Below, in pieces: positions 35,141 through 44,051 of a stretch of DNA of 50,115 nt. Position 1 is the first letter of the stretch. Each line of letters opens with the position of its first letter. The stretch is from a virus (lineage: Duplodnaviria; Caudoviricetes). The stretch covers positions 1 through 50,115 of IMG/VR virus record IMGVR_UViG_3300012942_000059, one strand, 5' to 3'. The notes under the pieces were generated by a model. It was not told where the DNA came from. It searched no databases and saw only the letters and a list, made by a program, of their open reading frames with translations. The translations under genes were made by a program, and so were the position numbers.

Positions 35141-37368
35141 CGCTCGAGATCGACTTCGAGACCCGTTCCGCCGTCGATCTGAAGAAGCGCGGCGTCTACA
35201 ACTATATGGCATCCGAGACAACCGAACCGCTAATGGCGTCCTACTCGATTAACCAGAATCCGGTTAATCGCTGGCGACCGCCGGCGCCGTGCCCGCCCGA
35301 TATCGTCGAGCATGTCACGGCTGGAGGCATGATTTCGGCCCATAACGCTGCGTTCGAACGGTTGCTGTGGCAGTACGTCCTGACGCCGCGCTACGGATGG
35401 CCCGCTGTGAAAACGGAGCAATTCCGCTGCACGGCGGCCACGGCGGCGGCCATGTCGCTGCCGCGTGCGCTCGGCGATCTCGGCGCGGCGCTCGATCTCA
35501 CGATCCAGAAGGACAAGGAAGGCTCGCGGCTCATCCGGAAATTCTCGATCCCGCGCCGCGTCCGCAAGGGCGAAGAGCCGGGCGTCTACTTCAATCAGCC
35601 GCACGAGCACCCGGAAGAATTCGAGCGCTTCCACGACTACTGCGATGATGATGTGCGCACGGAAGCCGGTGCCGACCGCCGCATGGTTCCGCTGTCGGCT
35701 GACGAGCAGGACGTCTATGTGCTCGGGGAGATCATCAACGACCGCGGCATCCGCATCGATCGACGATCGGCACGCGCCGCGCTGCGGCTGGCGGAGAAGG
35801 CCAAGCTGAAGCTTGACCGCGAATTGCGGCTTGTGACCGGCGGTTATGTTCCGTCGACGACGCAGCCGGGCAAGCTGGTCGAGTGGGTCGAGAGCCAAGG
35901 CGTGCCGATGTCGTCGGCGGCCAAGGCCGAGCTCGAGGCGTTGCTGGAACTGGACGATCTGCCGGCGAACGTCCGCCGCGCGATAGAGATACGCCAGGAA
36001 GCGGCGAAGACATCCGTGTCGAAGTTGAAAGCGATGCTGGACCGCGCTTCCGACGATGGCCGCGTGCGCGGCACGTCGATCTACCACGGCGCCGGCACGG
36101 GCCGTTTCCAGTCGGTCGGCGTTAATTTCTCGAATCTTCCGCGGCCCCGTCGCGAGTTCGACGACGCGCATCTCGACCGCGCGACGCTGTTCAAAGCATT
36201 CCGGCACGAGGATCCGGACTTCCTGCAGTTCCTATACGGCGACACGCTCGGCCGCCCGCTGCATCTCGTCTCCGACGCTATACGCGGCTTCATCATGGCC
36301 GCGCCCGGTCACGATCTTGTACAGGCCGACTATTCCGGCATCGAAGGCGCCGTCATCGCATGGTCGTCGGGCGAGCATTGGAAGGTGCGGGCGATGCACG
36401 AGATCATCGCCGATCCCGATCTGCCGGATATGTATCGCCGGACAGCCGCCGGTATTCTCGGCTTGCCGGTCGACGTCGTGACGAAGAAACATTGGGCGCG
36501 TCAAGCCGTTGGCAAGGTGAGCGAGCTCGCCCTTGGCTTCGGCGGCGGTGTGTCGGCCTTCCATTCGATGTCGAAGAACTACGGCGTCAAGCTCGATCCG
36601 CTGTTCGGGCCGGTGTGGGCGACCGCCGACGAAGAACGCCGCGAACGTGCGGTCAAGCGCTACGAGGCGAACCTGAAGCGCGGCAATGAAAAGACCGACG
36701 AACTGTCGCGCGAAGCATGGTTGGCTTGCGAGATCATCAAGGTCGGCTGGCGCGAGACGAACCCGGCCATAAAGAAAGGCTGGCACACTCGCGAAGACGC
36801 CGTGCGCGACGCGATTCGCAACCCGGGAACGCAGTTCACGGCGCTAAAGTGTTCCTACCTTGTCGCCCGCGGCTTCCTGTGGTGCCGTCTGCCGAGCGGC
36901 CGTTGCCTGGCCTACGGCTCGCCGCGGCTGCGTGACCAGGTATGGGCGGAAGTCAAACTCGACGACGGGGCATGGTGCGACGCCGAAGTGATGGACCGCG
37001 AGACGGCCGAGCGCATGGCTGTGCGCGGAACGTGTCGAATCAACGGTTCGACGTCGCCTTCGATCTCGGCGCTCGGCGTCAATTCCGTCACGAAGAAATG
37101 GACGCGCTCGCATCTCTACGGCGGCTTGTTGGCCGAGAACGACACCCAGGCCATCGCCCGCGATCTGCTCGTCAACGGCATGCGCAAGGCCGAAGCGGCC
37201 GGTTACCCGATCATCGCTCACGTCTACGACGAGATGATCGCCGAAGTGCTGCGCGGAACCGGGGATCTGGCAGCGTTCGAAAAGCTGATCTGCGAATTGC
37301 CGGAATGGGCCGCGGGGATGCCTTTGACGGCGGGCGGATGGCGGGGAAAGCGGTACCGCAAGGACTGA
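35137..37368 (+). CDS. Family A DNA polymerase with 3'-5' exonuclease domain
   Basis: IDFET and AHNAAFE exo motifs; TGR; motif A ADYSGIE; motif B RQAVGKVSELALGFGGG; motif C HVYDE. Confidence 0.93.
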   Translation: MTLEIDFETRSAVDLKKRGVYNYMASETTEPLMASYSINQNPVNRWRPPAPCPPDIVEHVTAGGMISAHNAAFERLLWQYVLTPRYGWPAVKTEQFRCTAATAAAMSLPRALGDLGAALDLTIQKDKEGSRLIRKFSIPRRVRKGEEPGVYFNQPHEHPEEFERFHDYCDDDVRTEAGADRRMVPLSADEQDVYVLGEIINDRGIRIDRRSARAALRLAEKAKLKLDRELRLVTGGYVPSTTQPGKLVEWVESQGVPMSSAAKAELEALLELDDLPANVRRAIEIRQEAAKTSVSKLKAMLDRASDDGRVRGTSIYHGAGTGRFQSVGVNFSNLPRPRREFDDAHLDRATLFKAFRHEDPDFLQFLYGDTLGRPLHLVSDAIRGFIMAAPGHDLVQADYSGIEGAVIAWSSGEHWKVRAMHEIIADPDLPDMYRRTAAGILGLPVDVVTKKHWARQAVGKVSELALGFGGGVSAFHSMSKNYGVKLDPLFGPVWATADEERRERAVKRYEANLKRGNEKTDELSREAWLACEIIKVGWRETNPAIKKGWHTREDAVRDAIRNPGTQFTALKCSYLVARGFLWCRLPSGRCLAYGSPRLRDQVWAEVKLDDGAWCDAEVMDRETAERMAVRGTCRINGSTSPSISALGVNSVTKKWTRSHLYGGLLAENDTQAIARDLLVNGMRKAEAAGYPIIAHVYDEMIAEVLRGTGDLAAFEKLICELPEWAAGMPLTAGGWRGKRYRKD

Positions 37369-37389
37369 TCCTTTTGTCCGTTTTGTCGC

Positions 37390-37418
37390 TTGACACACCG
37401 TACAAAACGACATACAAA
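37390..37418 (+). promoter_or_regulatory. sigma70-type promoter with embedded operator-like sequence
   Basis: TTGACA-17bp-TACAAA; shares acaaaacgacatacaaa with the promoter at 45709-45737. Confidence 0.65.
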
Positions 37419-37548
37419 TTGTCTGCATAGACCAGAACTTCAACGACCAGGAGGTTCGCCATGTAGACCGCAGCGCGTTGCGCGCACCACCTTTCGACAG
37501 CCGGCTTCGCCGCCCCCGCGAAGCCGGCGCCCCATTAACGAGGACCAC

Positions 37549-37749
37549 ATGAAGCGCAAGAAGACCTACCGGAAGAAGTACGGCCATCCGACGGAGATGC
37601 TAGCCGTCCGCGTGCCGGCTCCGTTGCATCGGGCCGTCAAGTCGCGCGCCAAGCGGGAGAAGAAGCCGAAGTCCGAAACGGTCGTCGGTATCCTGGCCGC
37701 TGCGCTCGCTCCGGAGGCTCCTGCCGAGAAAGAGAGCGTGTTCGAATGA
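37549..37749 (+). CDS. Ribbon-helix-helix (Arc-like) DNA-binding protein
   Basis: RBS GAGGA; MLAVRVPAPLHRAVKSRAKREKKPKSETVVGILAAAL; ends ESVFE. Confidence 0.7.
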   Translation: MKRKKTYRKKYGHPTEMLAVRVPAPLHRAVKSRAKREKKPKSETVVGILAAALAPEAPAEKESVFE

Positions 37750-38021
37750 CTGACAAGATCAACGGAGGCCCCGCCTTTCCACACCCGAATCCGGGGTACG
37801 CGCAGAACTGGGGCCGCACGGACAGAACACCGCCGTTCGGCGGCATGTCGCTGCGCGACTACTTCGCCGCGCAGGCACTCGTCGGCTCCTTAGCTTCAGT
37901 TAGCGAGGATGATGTGCGGGATATGACCAAGGCGGGTATGACAGCGACGCAGCGCGCGCATCTATTCGCCGAACACGCTTTCATCATGGCCGACGCCATG
38001 CTTACGGAGCGGGACAAATGA
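37746..38021 (+). CDS. Hypothetical phage protein (GGPAFP...GMSLRDYFAA family)
   Basis: GGPAFP, GMSLRDYFAAQAL, ADAML motifs. Confidence 0.8.
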   Translation: MTDKINGGPAFPHPNPGYAQNWGRTDRTPPFGGMSLRDYFAAQALVGSLASVSEDDVRDMTKAGMTATQRAHLFAEHAFIMADAMLTERDK

Positions 38022-38176
38022 AACAGATGATCGTATTCGCGGCCTTCGCCGCTTTGCTGTCCGGCTGCATGACGACCGGGAACGGCGCCGCCTACAACCG
38101 CAGCTACACCGCCACGTCTTTCGAGACCGTCAATTACGGTGCGATCGGCTACGGCTATCCCGGTTCGTTCTGGTGA
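38018..38176 (+). CDS. Small lipoprotein (52 aa)
   Basis: MKQMIVFAAFAALLSG-C lipobox; ATGA coupling; not in the ORF track. Confidence 0.65.
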   Translation: MKQMIVFAAFAALLSGCMTTGNGAAYNRSYTATSFETVNYGAIGYGYPGSFW

Positions 38177-38379
38177 TCGCCATGCGCCACCCTTCAACAT
38201 ACACGACCATGCCGTTCGGCGCGATGCGCGTCATGGAAGTCGATGCCGGGACCGACGTTACCGACGAACGCACCGGCGAAACAATCACAGTCGACGACGA
38301 GACCGCCGCCGTAAAAGGCCGCGTCATCTTTTGCACGAAGAAGATGTACGAGGCCATAAAAGCGAGATGTCTTCAATGA
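38173..38379 (+). CDS. Hypothetical protein
   Basis: Coupled small ORF. Confidence 0.55.
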   Translation: MIAMRHPSTYTTMPFGAMRVMEVDAGTDVTDERTGETITVDDETAAVKGRVIFCTKKMYEAIKARCLQ

Positions 38380-38585
38380 CTTTCGACGAAGCCCGCGCCA
38401 CCTATCCTCGCTGGTCGTTCGGCGTCTATGCGCTGGAACCGGGCGCGGGCGTCACGCTCGAGATACTGACCGAAGACGGCCAGTCCTTTTCATTCGAGGC
38501 CGCGACGCTAGACGACGCGCTATCGGCGGCGTTCCCGCCGGCGCCGGAAGAACCGCAACCCGAGCCAAGCGACGTGTTTGCATAG
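38376..38585 (+). CDS. Hypothetical protein
   Basis: ATGA coupling; ends SDVFA. Confidence 0.65.
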   Translation: MTFDEARATYPRWSFGVYALEPGAGVTLEILTEDGQSFSFEAATLDDALSAAFPPAPEEPQPEPSDVFA

Positions 38586-38617
38586 TACGGAATGACGACC
38601 GACACAGGAGACAAATC

Positions 38618-38863
38618 ATGGGAATCAGTTACCAATATGCGTGCGACGGTTGCCGCGCAAAGAAGAACGCCGAGACGCCGGAACTGCCCTTCGCATGGGC
38701 GATGGTGACGGTAGCGATTTCGCAGGATGGCGGCGGTCCGGTGTCGCAGACGCATCTTCTTTGCGAATCCTGCCGCGCCGAGATCGTCCGCAAAAGCGAT
38801 CCGAAGCAGTGGTCTCGTGCGCGGGACTGCGCCGAATTAACTGCGGCGAGGATGCCGTCATGA
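38618..38863 (+). CDS. Small CxxC...CxxC zinc-binding protein
   Basis: CDGC and CESC; RBS AGGAG. Confidence 0.7.
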   Translation: MGISYQYACDGCRAKKNAETPELPFAWAMVTVAISQDGGGPVSQTHLLCESCRAEIVRKSDPKQWSRARDCAELTAARMPS

Positions 38864-39126
38864 ACCGCGCCGCCCTGAAAGCCAAAGCCCGCCGCTTCCT
38901 GGTCTATCGCGCGTGGAAGGCCGCGGACGATCCGCTGGTCCGCCCGATCGACATCGCCCGCGTGACCGGGCTGAAGCGCGGGACCGTATCGCATCTGCTG
39001 ATCTCGATGGGTCTCGCGCACAACAGCGATACGACGAACAGCGTAGCAAATATCGGCCGGTTGCCGGTCGACACGTTCATGCGGCTGTCGCCGCTCTCAC
39101 CCGTCATCGCGCGGGAAACGTACTAG
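38860..39126 (+). CDS. Putative HTH protein
   Basis: RPIDIARVTGLKRGTVSHLL; ATGA coupling. Confidence 0.55.
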   Translation: MNRAALKAKARRFLVYRAWKAADDPLVRPIDIARVTGLKRGTVSHLLISMGLAHNSDTTNSVANIGRLPVDTFMRLSPLSPVIARETY

Positions 39127-39137
39127 GGAGACGCCCG

Positions 39138-39266
39138 ATGCAAACCTTGCTTGCCGCCGCGATCGGCGCGGCTCTCGGGCTCGGCGCCCTGGTCGTCATC
39201 GTATGGGCGATGCGGATCCGCGAACGCCAGATCATCGCCTTGCTGGAAGGAGAGGAACGGCCGTGA
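39138..39266 (+). CDS. Small membrane protein
   Basis: RBS GGGAG; MQTLLAAAIGAALGLGALVVIVWAM. Confidence 0.5.
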   Translation: MQTLLAAAIGAALGLGALVVIVWAMRIRERQIIALLEGEERP

Positions 39267-39469
39267 CCGTTTACACCTGTTCGTTCCAACACAACGGACG
39301 CCAGCACGTCGTTCATATCCACGCCGATGATCCGCTCGACGCATCGCGCCGGCTACGCGCCATCGGCATGACGGCCCGCGTCGACGGCGAGCTCGTCGCG
39401 GAAATTCCGGTCAAGGTTCCGCTTCCTTGGCCGGGTTGGTGGCGCCGAGTAATGGGCTGGCGGTCATGA
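39263..39469 (+). CDS. Hypothetical protein
   Basis: GTG start overlapping the previous stop; RBS GAGGA. Confidence 0.55.
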   Translation: MTVYTCSFQHNGRQHVVHIHADDPLDASRRLRAIGMTARVDGELVAEIPVKVPLPWPGWWRRVMGWRS

Positions 39470-39588
39470 CATGGCTGTGGATCATCGCGGCGTTCTATGC
39501 CGGCCTGGTGTTCGGTTACGGCGTGGCGGCGCTGATGAGCGCGGCGAAACGCGCTGACGTGGCAATGGGAATAGAGGAAGAGATATGA
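39466..39588 (+). CDS. Small membrane protein (40 aa)
   Basis: MTWLWIIAAFYAGLVFGYGVAALMSAAK; ATGA coupling at both ends. Confidence 0.5.
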   Translation: MTWLWIIAAFYAGLVFGYGVAALMSAAKRADVAMGIEEEI

Positions 39589-39854
39589 CTGACACTACCG
39601 GACTGGACGCGAAACTCCTGCCCTGCCCGTTTTGCGGCAACGCACCGAACCCGGTCCCGCAGAACGATTATTGCCGGCTACCACCACCGGACAAGGGCTA
39701 CTTCCAGACGATATGGTGCGAAAATTGCGGAGCCCAAGGCGCCAAACGCAAAACCGACAAGGAAGCCATAGCAGCCTGGAACCGCCGCAATCCGCGCTCT
39801 CCCCGCGGAGGTTCAGAATGCAACCCAAAATTCAACCAAAGGAGACTGACATGA
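39585..39854 (+). CDS. Lar-family restriction alleviation protein
   Basis: LLPCPFCG...CENCGA...EAIAAWNRR. Confidence 0.8.
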   Translation: MTDTTGLDAKLLPCPFCGNAPNPVPQNDYCRLPPPDKGYFQTIWCENCGAQGAKRKTDKEAIAAWNRRNPRSPRGGSECNPKFNQRRLT

Positions 39855-40069
39855 CCAAGCTTACTAGCAAGATCGCCCTCGAACTCGTCACTCGCATCGA
39901 AGCTCTCAATGATCAGATTCACGAGGTCTATCGGGAGGCGAACGACTATGACGGCATAAACAACATCAACGTGATCCGCGACATCGTCAAAGCCCGCGAA
40001 GAAGTCGCCGATCAGAAATGCATCGCCGATGGTCTCCTCGAATCCCTTGATTTGGAGGATGGGGATTGA
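39851..40069 (+). CDS. Hypothetical protein (weakly GapR-like)
   Basis: RBS AAGGAG; LVTRIEALNDQIHEVYREA..G..VIRDIVKAR resembles the DUF2312 pattern. Confidence 0.55.
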   Translation: MTKLTSKIALELVTRIEALNDQIHEVYREANDYDGINNINVIRDIVKAREEVADQKCIADGLLESLDLEDGD

Positions 40070-40404
40070 CCGTCGCCGCGCCTTGGAGTCTCGCCATGCA
40101 GATTGAGGCGCTGATAGACTGGCAAGCCCGTGCCCTAGCCGCCGAAGCACGCGCAGAGAAGGCGGTAGAGGATATGCGGGAGGCGACGGAAGCCGCCAAA
40201 CGGCTGGAACATGCGGTAGTTTTCACGGCTCGTATGGCATGGCGCACCGACCCGCCGAACGCCAACGCGAAACTGACCGACGCCGAACGTCTGTCGGCCA
40301 TCAAGTTCCACCCAACCATCAAGAAATACGGCGAGCCGCATCAGGAACTTGCCGAGAAGGAAGCGGCCATCCGCGCTCTCCCCCACGGAGGTTCAGAATG
40401 CTAG
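40066..40404 (+). CDS. Hypothetical protein (start uncertain; ATG at 40096 likely)
   Basis: GGAG upstream of ATG within repeat B; coiled-coil AEARAEKA. Confidence 0.55.
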   Translation: MTVAAPWSLAMQIEALIDWQARALAAEARAEKAVEDMREATEAAKRLEHAVVFTARMAWRTDPPNANAKLTDAERLSAIKFHPTIKKYGEPHQELAEKEAAIRALPHGGSEC

Positions 40405-40625
40405 TTGATGCGAGGCTATTCGCAATCGCTCACGGGATAGCGTCACGACACGTCAAGAAGCGGTTTTTCGAAAGCTACACCAGCGAACTCGTTCGGAAGA
40501 TTAGACTTCGGACGGAAATCTATAACGCGCTCGCCACCGAAGCCGGCCGTCGCGCCTTGGAGTCTCGCCATGCAGATTGCGGCGCTGATAGAGCGCGAAA
40601 GCTGGAAGGGTTGAGCCGTGGGTAG
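40398..40625 (+). CDS. Hypothetical protein
   Basis: GGAGG RBS and ATG supplied by repeat A. Confidence 0.45.
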   Translation: MLVDARLFAIAHGIASRHVKKRFFESYTSELVRKIRLRTEIYNALATEAGRRALESRHADCGADRARKLEGLSRG

Positions 40626-40941
40626 GCCGCAGGGCCACAAACCGGCCAACTCAGGCAGGGCCGCCAGGCGCAAGCCGGTGCGGTCCGCCATCCCATCCGT
40701 GCGGGAATTCTTCGACTTGCTGGACCGCGACGAGCGCAGCGTTGGCGAGATCGCCGCCCGCGCCGGCGCGCACGAAGTCACGATCTGCATGTGGCGCGGC
40801 GGCCATCGGTCACCGCAGCTATCGACATTCGAGAACATGCTGGAAGTGATGGGTTATCGTCTTGCCATCGTTCCGCTGTCCGGGATGGCGCACGACACCG
40901 ACGACACTTCTGGACAAACGGAATGCGGCGCGTCAGACTGA
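40618..40941 (+). CDS. XRE-family HTH protein
   Basis: SVGEIAARAGAHEVTICMWRGGHRSPQLSTFENMLEVMGY. Confidence 0.75.
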   Translation: MGRPQGHKPANSGRAARRKPVRSAIPSVREFFDLLDRDERSVGEIAARAGAHEVTICMWRGGHRSPQLSTFENMLEVMGYRLAIVPLSGMAHDTDDTSGQTECGASD

Positions 40942-40981
40942 GCGTTCCCGCAAAATCCTGACGACCATGACGCGAGGGACC

Positions 40982-43099
40982 GTGAACTCCGAAACCGGCA
41001 ATCCTTTCCTGCGCTTCCACGCGCTCGGCTACACACGTATCGTACCAGTGACGCCGCCAAAGTGCGAAGTGTCGCCCCGTTCGACATTCGCGAAACGCCT
41101 AGCCGCAGCCAAAGGCGATCCGAAGAAAGATCCCCGCGGCAAGGCGCCCGGCGTGAAGGGCGACGATGGTTGGCGCGGTATCGACTTCACCAAGGTCGAA
41201 GCCGAATTGCGCGATCTCGACATATGGCAGCGCATGGGCGCGTCGGTCGGCCTGAAGACGGGTCGCGGCCTGGCCTTCGTCGACGTCGATACGCTGAAGG
41301 CTGAATGGGCCGCGGCGGTCAAAGCCATTTTCGAGAAACATCTCGGCACGAACATATTCTGGCGCGTCGGCAACTACCCGAAAGCCGGGTTCATGCTCTT
41401 GACCGACGAGGACTACGTTTACCATTGCGTCGCTTTTGGCGATCGCGACGAGCACGGCCGGCTGACAAGCCGCGTCGAGATATTGTGCGAAGGCCGCCAA
41501 TTCGTCGCGCACGGCATCCACCCCGCCACCGGGAAACCCTACCGCTGGCCGCAAGGCATACCGCCGCGCAAGGACCTGGTTTACGTGCCGGCGGCCAAGC
41601 TCGACGCCATTCTGCAGGAAATAGCCGAAGCGATGCCGCAGGCCGAGCCGGTCAAGCACGAAGGCGCGCAATCCGACGATCCAGTCGATCCCGAAAAGCT
41701 GAAGGGCGATCCGGTCCTGGTCGAGCGCGCGGTAAAAGCCATGCGCAACACGGCTGGCCGGGACGAATACGTTGCGGTCGGCTACGCGCTCAAAGGCGCC
41801 TTGCCCGACGATCCGGCCCTTGCCTTCGAACTCTATGCCGACTGGTGCGACAGATGGGAAGAAGGCGAGAACGACCCCGATGTGGTTGCGGCGGAATGGG
41901 CGCGCATGACGCTGCCGCCGCGCATCGGCGCCGATTGGCTCTACGCGCGAGCACACGAATGGAGCGGCGGTGCGTTCACGCCGCATTTCGATCCGGTCGC
42001 CGCGGCGCAGGTGAATGACGCCGCGGCCGAATCGCTGTTCCCGCCCGAAGAGAAGAAGCAGCGCAAGTTCGATATCCTGTCATTCGGCCAAGCTGCCGAC
42101 GCCGCGCTCGGCGACGTCTCGGCGCCGCTCATCAAGGGACTGTTGGACCAGGGCGCGATGACGGTGCTGTATGGCCCCTCCAACGTCGGCAAGACATTCG
42201 TTGCGATGGATATCGGCTATCACATCGCGGCCGGCACGGAATACGCCGGCATGCGCGTCACCAAGGGCGCGGTGCTGTACGTCGCGGCCGAAGGCGGGCG
42301 CGGCGCCAAGCGCCGGGTCAGAGCGCTGCGGGAGAAATACGGCGCCGACGACGTGCCGTTCTTCCTGTTGCCGTCCAGCGTGGACTTGCGGCGGCCTGAT
42401 GCGGATCTCCGACCGTTGATCTCGGCCATTCGCGAGATGATGGCGACGCTGCGCGAGCGTGGTTTCGATCTGGTGCTGATTGTCATCGATACGCTGTCGC
42501 GCGCCATGGCCGGCGGCGATGAAAACTCGTCGGTCGACATGGGCCACATTGTCACGCATTTCGACGCGCTGCGGGCCGCGACTTCGGCCCACTTGTTGGT
42601 TGTGCATCACAGCGGCAAGAACGTCGCCATGGGCGCGCGCGGGCATTCGCTGCTACGCGCGGCCACGGACACGGAGATAGAAATCGGCGAAGGCGCGATC
42701 GAAGTCACCAAGCAACGCGATCTGGATAAGTCCTGGTCGTCTGGCTTCGTCTTGGAGACGCGGGTTTTGGGTGTGGACGGTGACGGCGATCCTGTGACGT
42801 CGTGCACGGTGCGGCTATGCGGCAAGGATACGGTCTCTGCGCCCGCGCCGCGCGCCCCTACGGCACGGGAAGAGGTTGCCCTCGCCGCCGTTGAGGCGCT
42901 GCAGGCTAGTAGCAGGGACGGTGAGGCGGGCGTTTCCGCTGCCGAACTATGCGCGTATATGGTTTTGCAAGGGGACAATTTGTCCGACAAGAACGCACGT
43001 TATCTACTCGCCAGCTTGATAGAGAAGCGGCTTATCGAGAAGATCGGGCGCGGCCGGTATAGGGTTGTCGAGCGCAAAGAAGATAGCGTTTTCGAGTAA
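40982..43099 (+). CDS. Primase-helicase (Prim-Pol, PriCT-2-like, AAA_25/RepA-type SF4 helicase)
   Basis: GKAP, VDVD, QFVAHGIHPATG primase motifs; GPSNVGKT; VIDTLSR; HHSGK..GARGHS; ends DSVFE; GTG start with RBS GAGGG (ATG 40967 alternative). Confidence 0.92.
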   Translation: MNSETGNPFLRFHALGYTRIVPVTPPKCEVSPRSTFAKRLAAAKGDPKKDPRGKAPGVKGDDGWRGIDFTKVEAELRDLDIWQRMGASVGLKTGRGLAFVDVDTLKAEWAAAVKAIFEKHLGTNIFWRVGNYPKAGFMLLTDEDYVYHCVAFGDRDEHGRLTSRVEILCEGRQFVAHGIHPATGKPYRWPQGIPPRKDLVYVPAAKLDAILQEIAEAMPQAEPVKHEGAQSDDPVDPEKLKGDPVLVERAVKAMRNTAGRDEYVAVGYALKGALPDDPALAFELYADWCDRWEEGENDPDVVAAEWARMTLPPRIGADWLYARAHEWSGGAFTPHFDPVAAAQVNDAAAESLFPPEEKKQRKFDILSFGQAADAALGDVSAPLIKGLLDQGAMTVLYGPSNVGKTFVAMDIGYHIAAGTEYAGMRVTKGAVLYVAAEGGRGAKRRVRALREKYGADDVPFFLLPSSVDLRRPDADLRPLISAIREMMATLRERGFDLVLIVIDTLSRAMAGGDENSSVDMGHIVTHFDALRAATSAHLLVVHHSGKNVAMGARGHSLLRAATDTEIEIGEGAIEVTKQRDLDKSWSSGFVLETRVLGVDGDGDPVTSCTVRLCGKDTVSAPAPRAPTAREEVALAAVEALQASSRDGEAGVSAAELCAYMVLQGDNLSDKNARYLLASLIEKRLIEKIGRGRYRVVERKEDSVFE

Positions 43100-43114
43100 A
43101 CGTCGTTCCTGGCA

Positions 43115-43350
43115 TTTCCTAGCAAACTCAGTAACGCCTTGAATCCATTACATAAAATTTTCCTAGCAAATGAAATCGCGTATGTCGTTTTCGCATCGTT
43201 TGCTAGGAAATGCTAGGCGTTTGCTAGGAAGCCGAAACGCCAATAAAATCAAGTGTTTGGCCCGTTTGCTAGGAAATGCTAGGAACGCTAGGAACGATCA
43301 AGGCTCATTTGCTAGGTTTGCTAGGCCCCCTATAAGAAGGGCCTAGCAAA
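43115..43350. repeat. GCTAGG iteron array, candidate replication origin
   Basis: About 11 copies of (TTT)GCTAGG(AA) in both orientations in AT-rich non-coding DNA after the primase-helicase; IHF-consensus-like AATCAAGTGTTTG at 43247-43259. Confidence 0.75.
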
Positions 43351-43402
43351 CCCGTAAGCCCGGTGTTCTGGCATTGGAATTAATAGCAATGGCCAACGCC
43401 AC

Positions 43403-43437
43403 AAAAAGAAACGGCCGCCCTATCGCGGCGGCCGTTC
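43403..43437 (-). terminator. Intrinsic terminator of the leftward early operon
   Basis: aacggccgcc...ggcggccgtt hairpin followed by TTTCTTTTT on the minus strand. Confidence 0.7.
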
Positions 43438-43536
43438 AATCATTCGGGCGATGCCATAGACAATCTGTCCAACGGCTCGAGGCAAGGCAATGGCCGATAG
43501 AACGGCCAGGACGGCGAGCGCCGCAATTGCGATCAT
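43420..43536 (-). CDS. Small membrane peptide (38 aa)
   Basis: MIAIAALAVLAVLSAIALPRAVG; ATGA coupling. Confidence 0.5.
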   Translation of the reverse strand: MIAIAALAVLAVLSAIALPRAVGQIVYGIARMIERPPR

Positions 43537-43850
43537 TTTGTCAGATGCTTGGAAATAGGATCCGGAAACGGACGCCGGTGCAGCGCGGCGAGATTCTGCG
43601 AACAAACGGCCGCAAGGATCGCCTTGCCCGTGTTGTGTCGCGTTCCGCTCGCGCAAGGGCAAGGCGGCGGTGTCGGCGCGGCGCGGCTAAGCAACGCGTC
43701 GTTTTTCGCCCGTATCGCTTTCAGTACGGCCGCGCCATGCTCGGCTATGTTTTCGGGCGTGCGCGGCTTGCGGCGAAGCTTGGCGACCCGGGTGCCGAGA
43801 TCAGGGTAAACAGGGCCGAAAGGCTCGGGAATGATAAATGGTGCGTTCAT
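43533..43850 (-). CDS. Hypothetical early protein
   Basis: RBS GGAG before MNAPFIIPEP. Confidence 0.55.
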   Translation of the reverse strand: MNAPFIIPEPFGPVYPDLGTRVAKLRRKPRTPENIAEHGAAVLKAIRAKNDALLSRAAPTPPPCPCASGTRHNTGKAILAAVCSQNLAALHRRPFPDPISKHLTK

Positions 43851-43945
43851 GGTTCTTCTCCGTTGTCTGTTCCGGCCATATCCGGCCGCTGGTGCGCGTA
43901 TGGGCGTCCGGCGGTGTCTTCCGTCATTCCGGACGCCAACGCGCG

Positions 43946-44047
43946 TCACAAGCCATTTGTGGCGATTGTCCAGGCGTAGAATCCGATCATGGCGCAAAAG
44001 GCCAGCATGACGATGAATTCCAGCCCGTCGCGGAAGAGATCACGCAT
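43946..44047 (-). CDS. Small membrane peptide (33 aa)
   Basis: MRDLFRDGLEFIVMLAFCAMIGFYAWTIATNGL; RBS GAGGA. Confidence 0.45.
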   Translation of the reverse strand: MRDLFRDGLEFIVMLAFCAMIGFYAWTIATNGL

Positions 44048-44051
44048 TGGC

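Larger units (their letters stand above)
39790..40592 (+). repeat. Interleaved direct repeats A-B-A-B
   Basis: A about 32 bp at 39790-39821 and 40369-40401; B 42 bp at 40077-40118 and 40551-40592 (1 mismatch). Confidence 0.85.
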
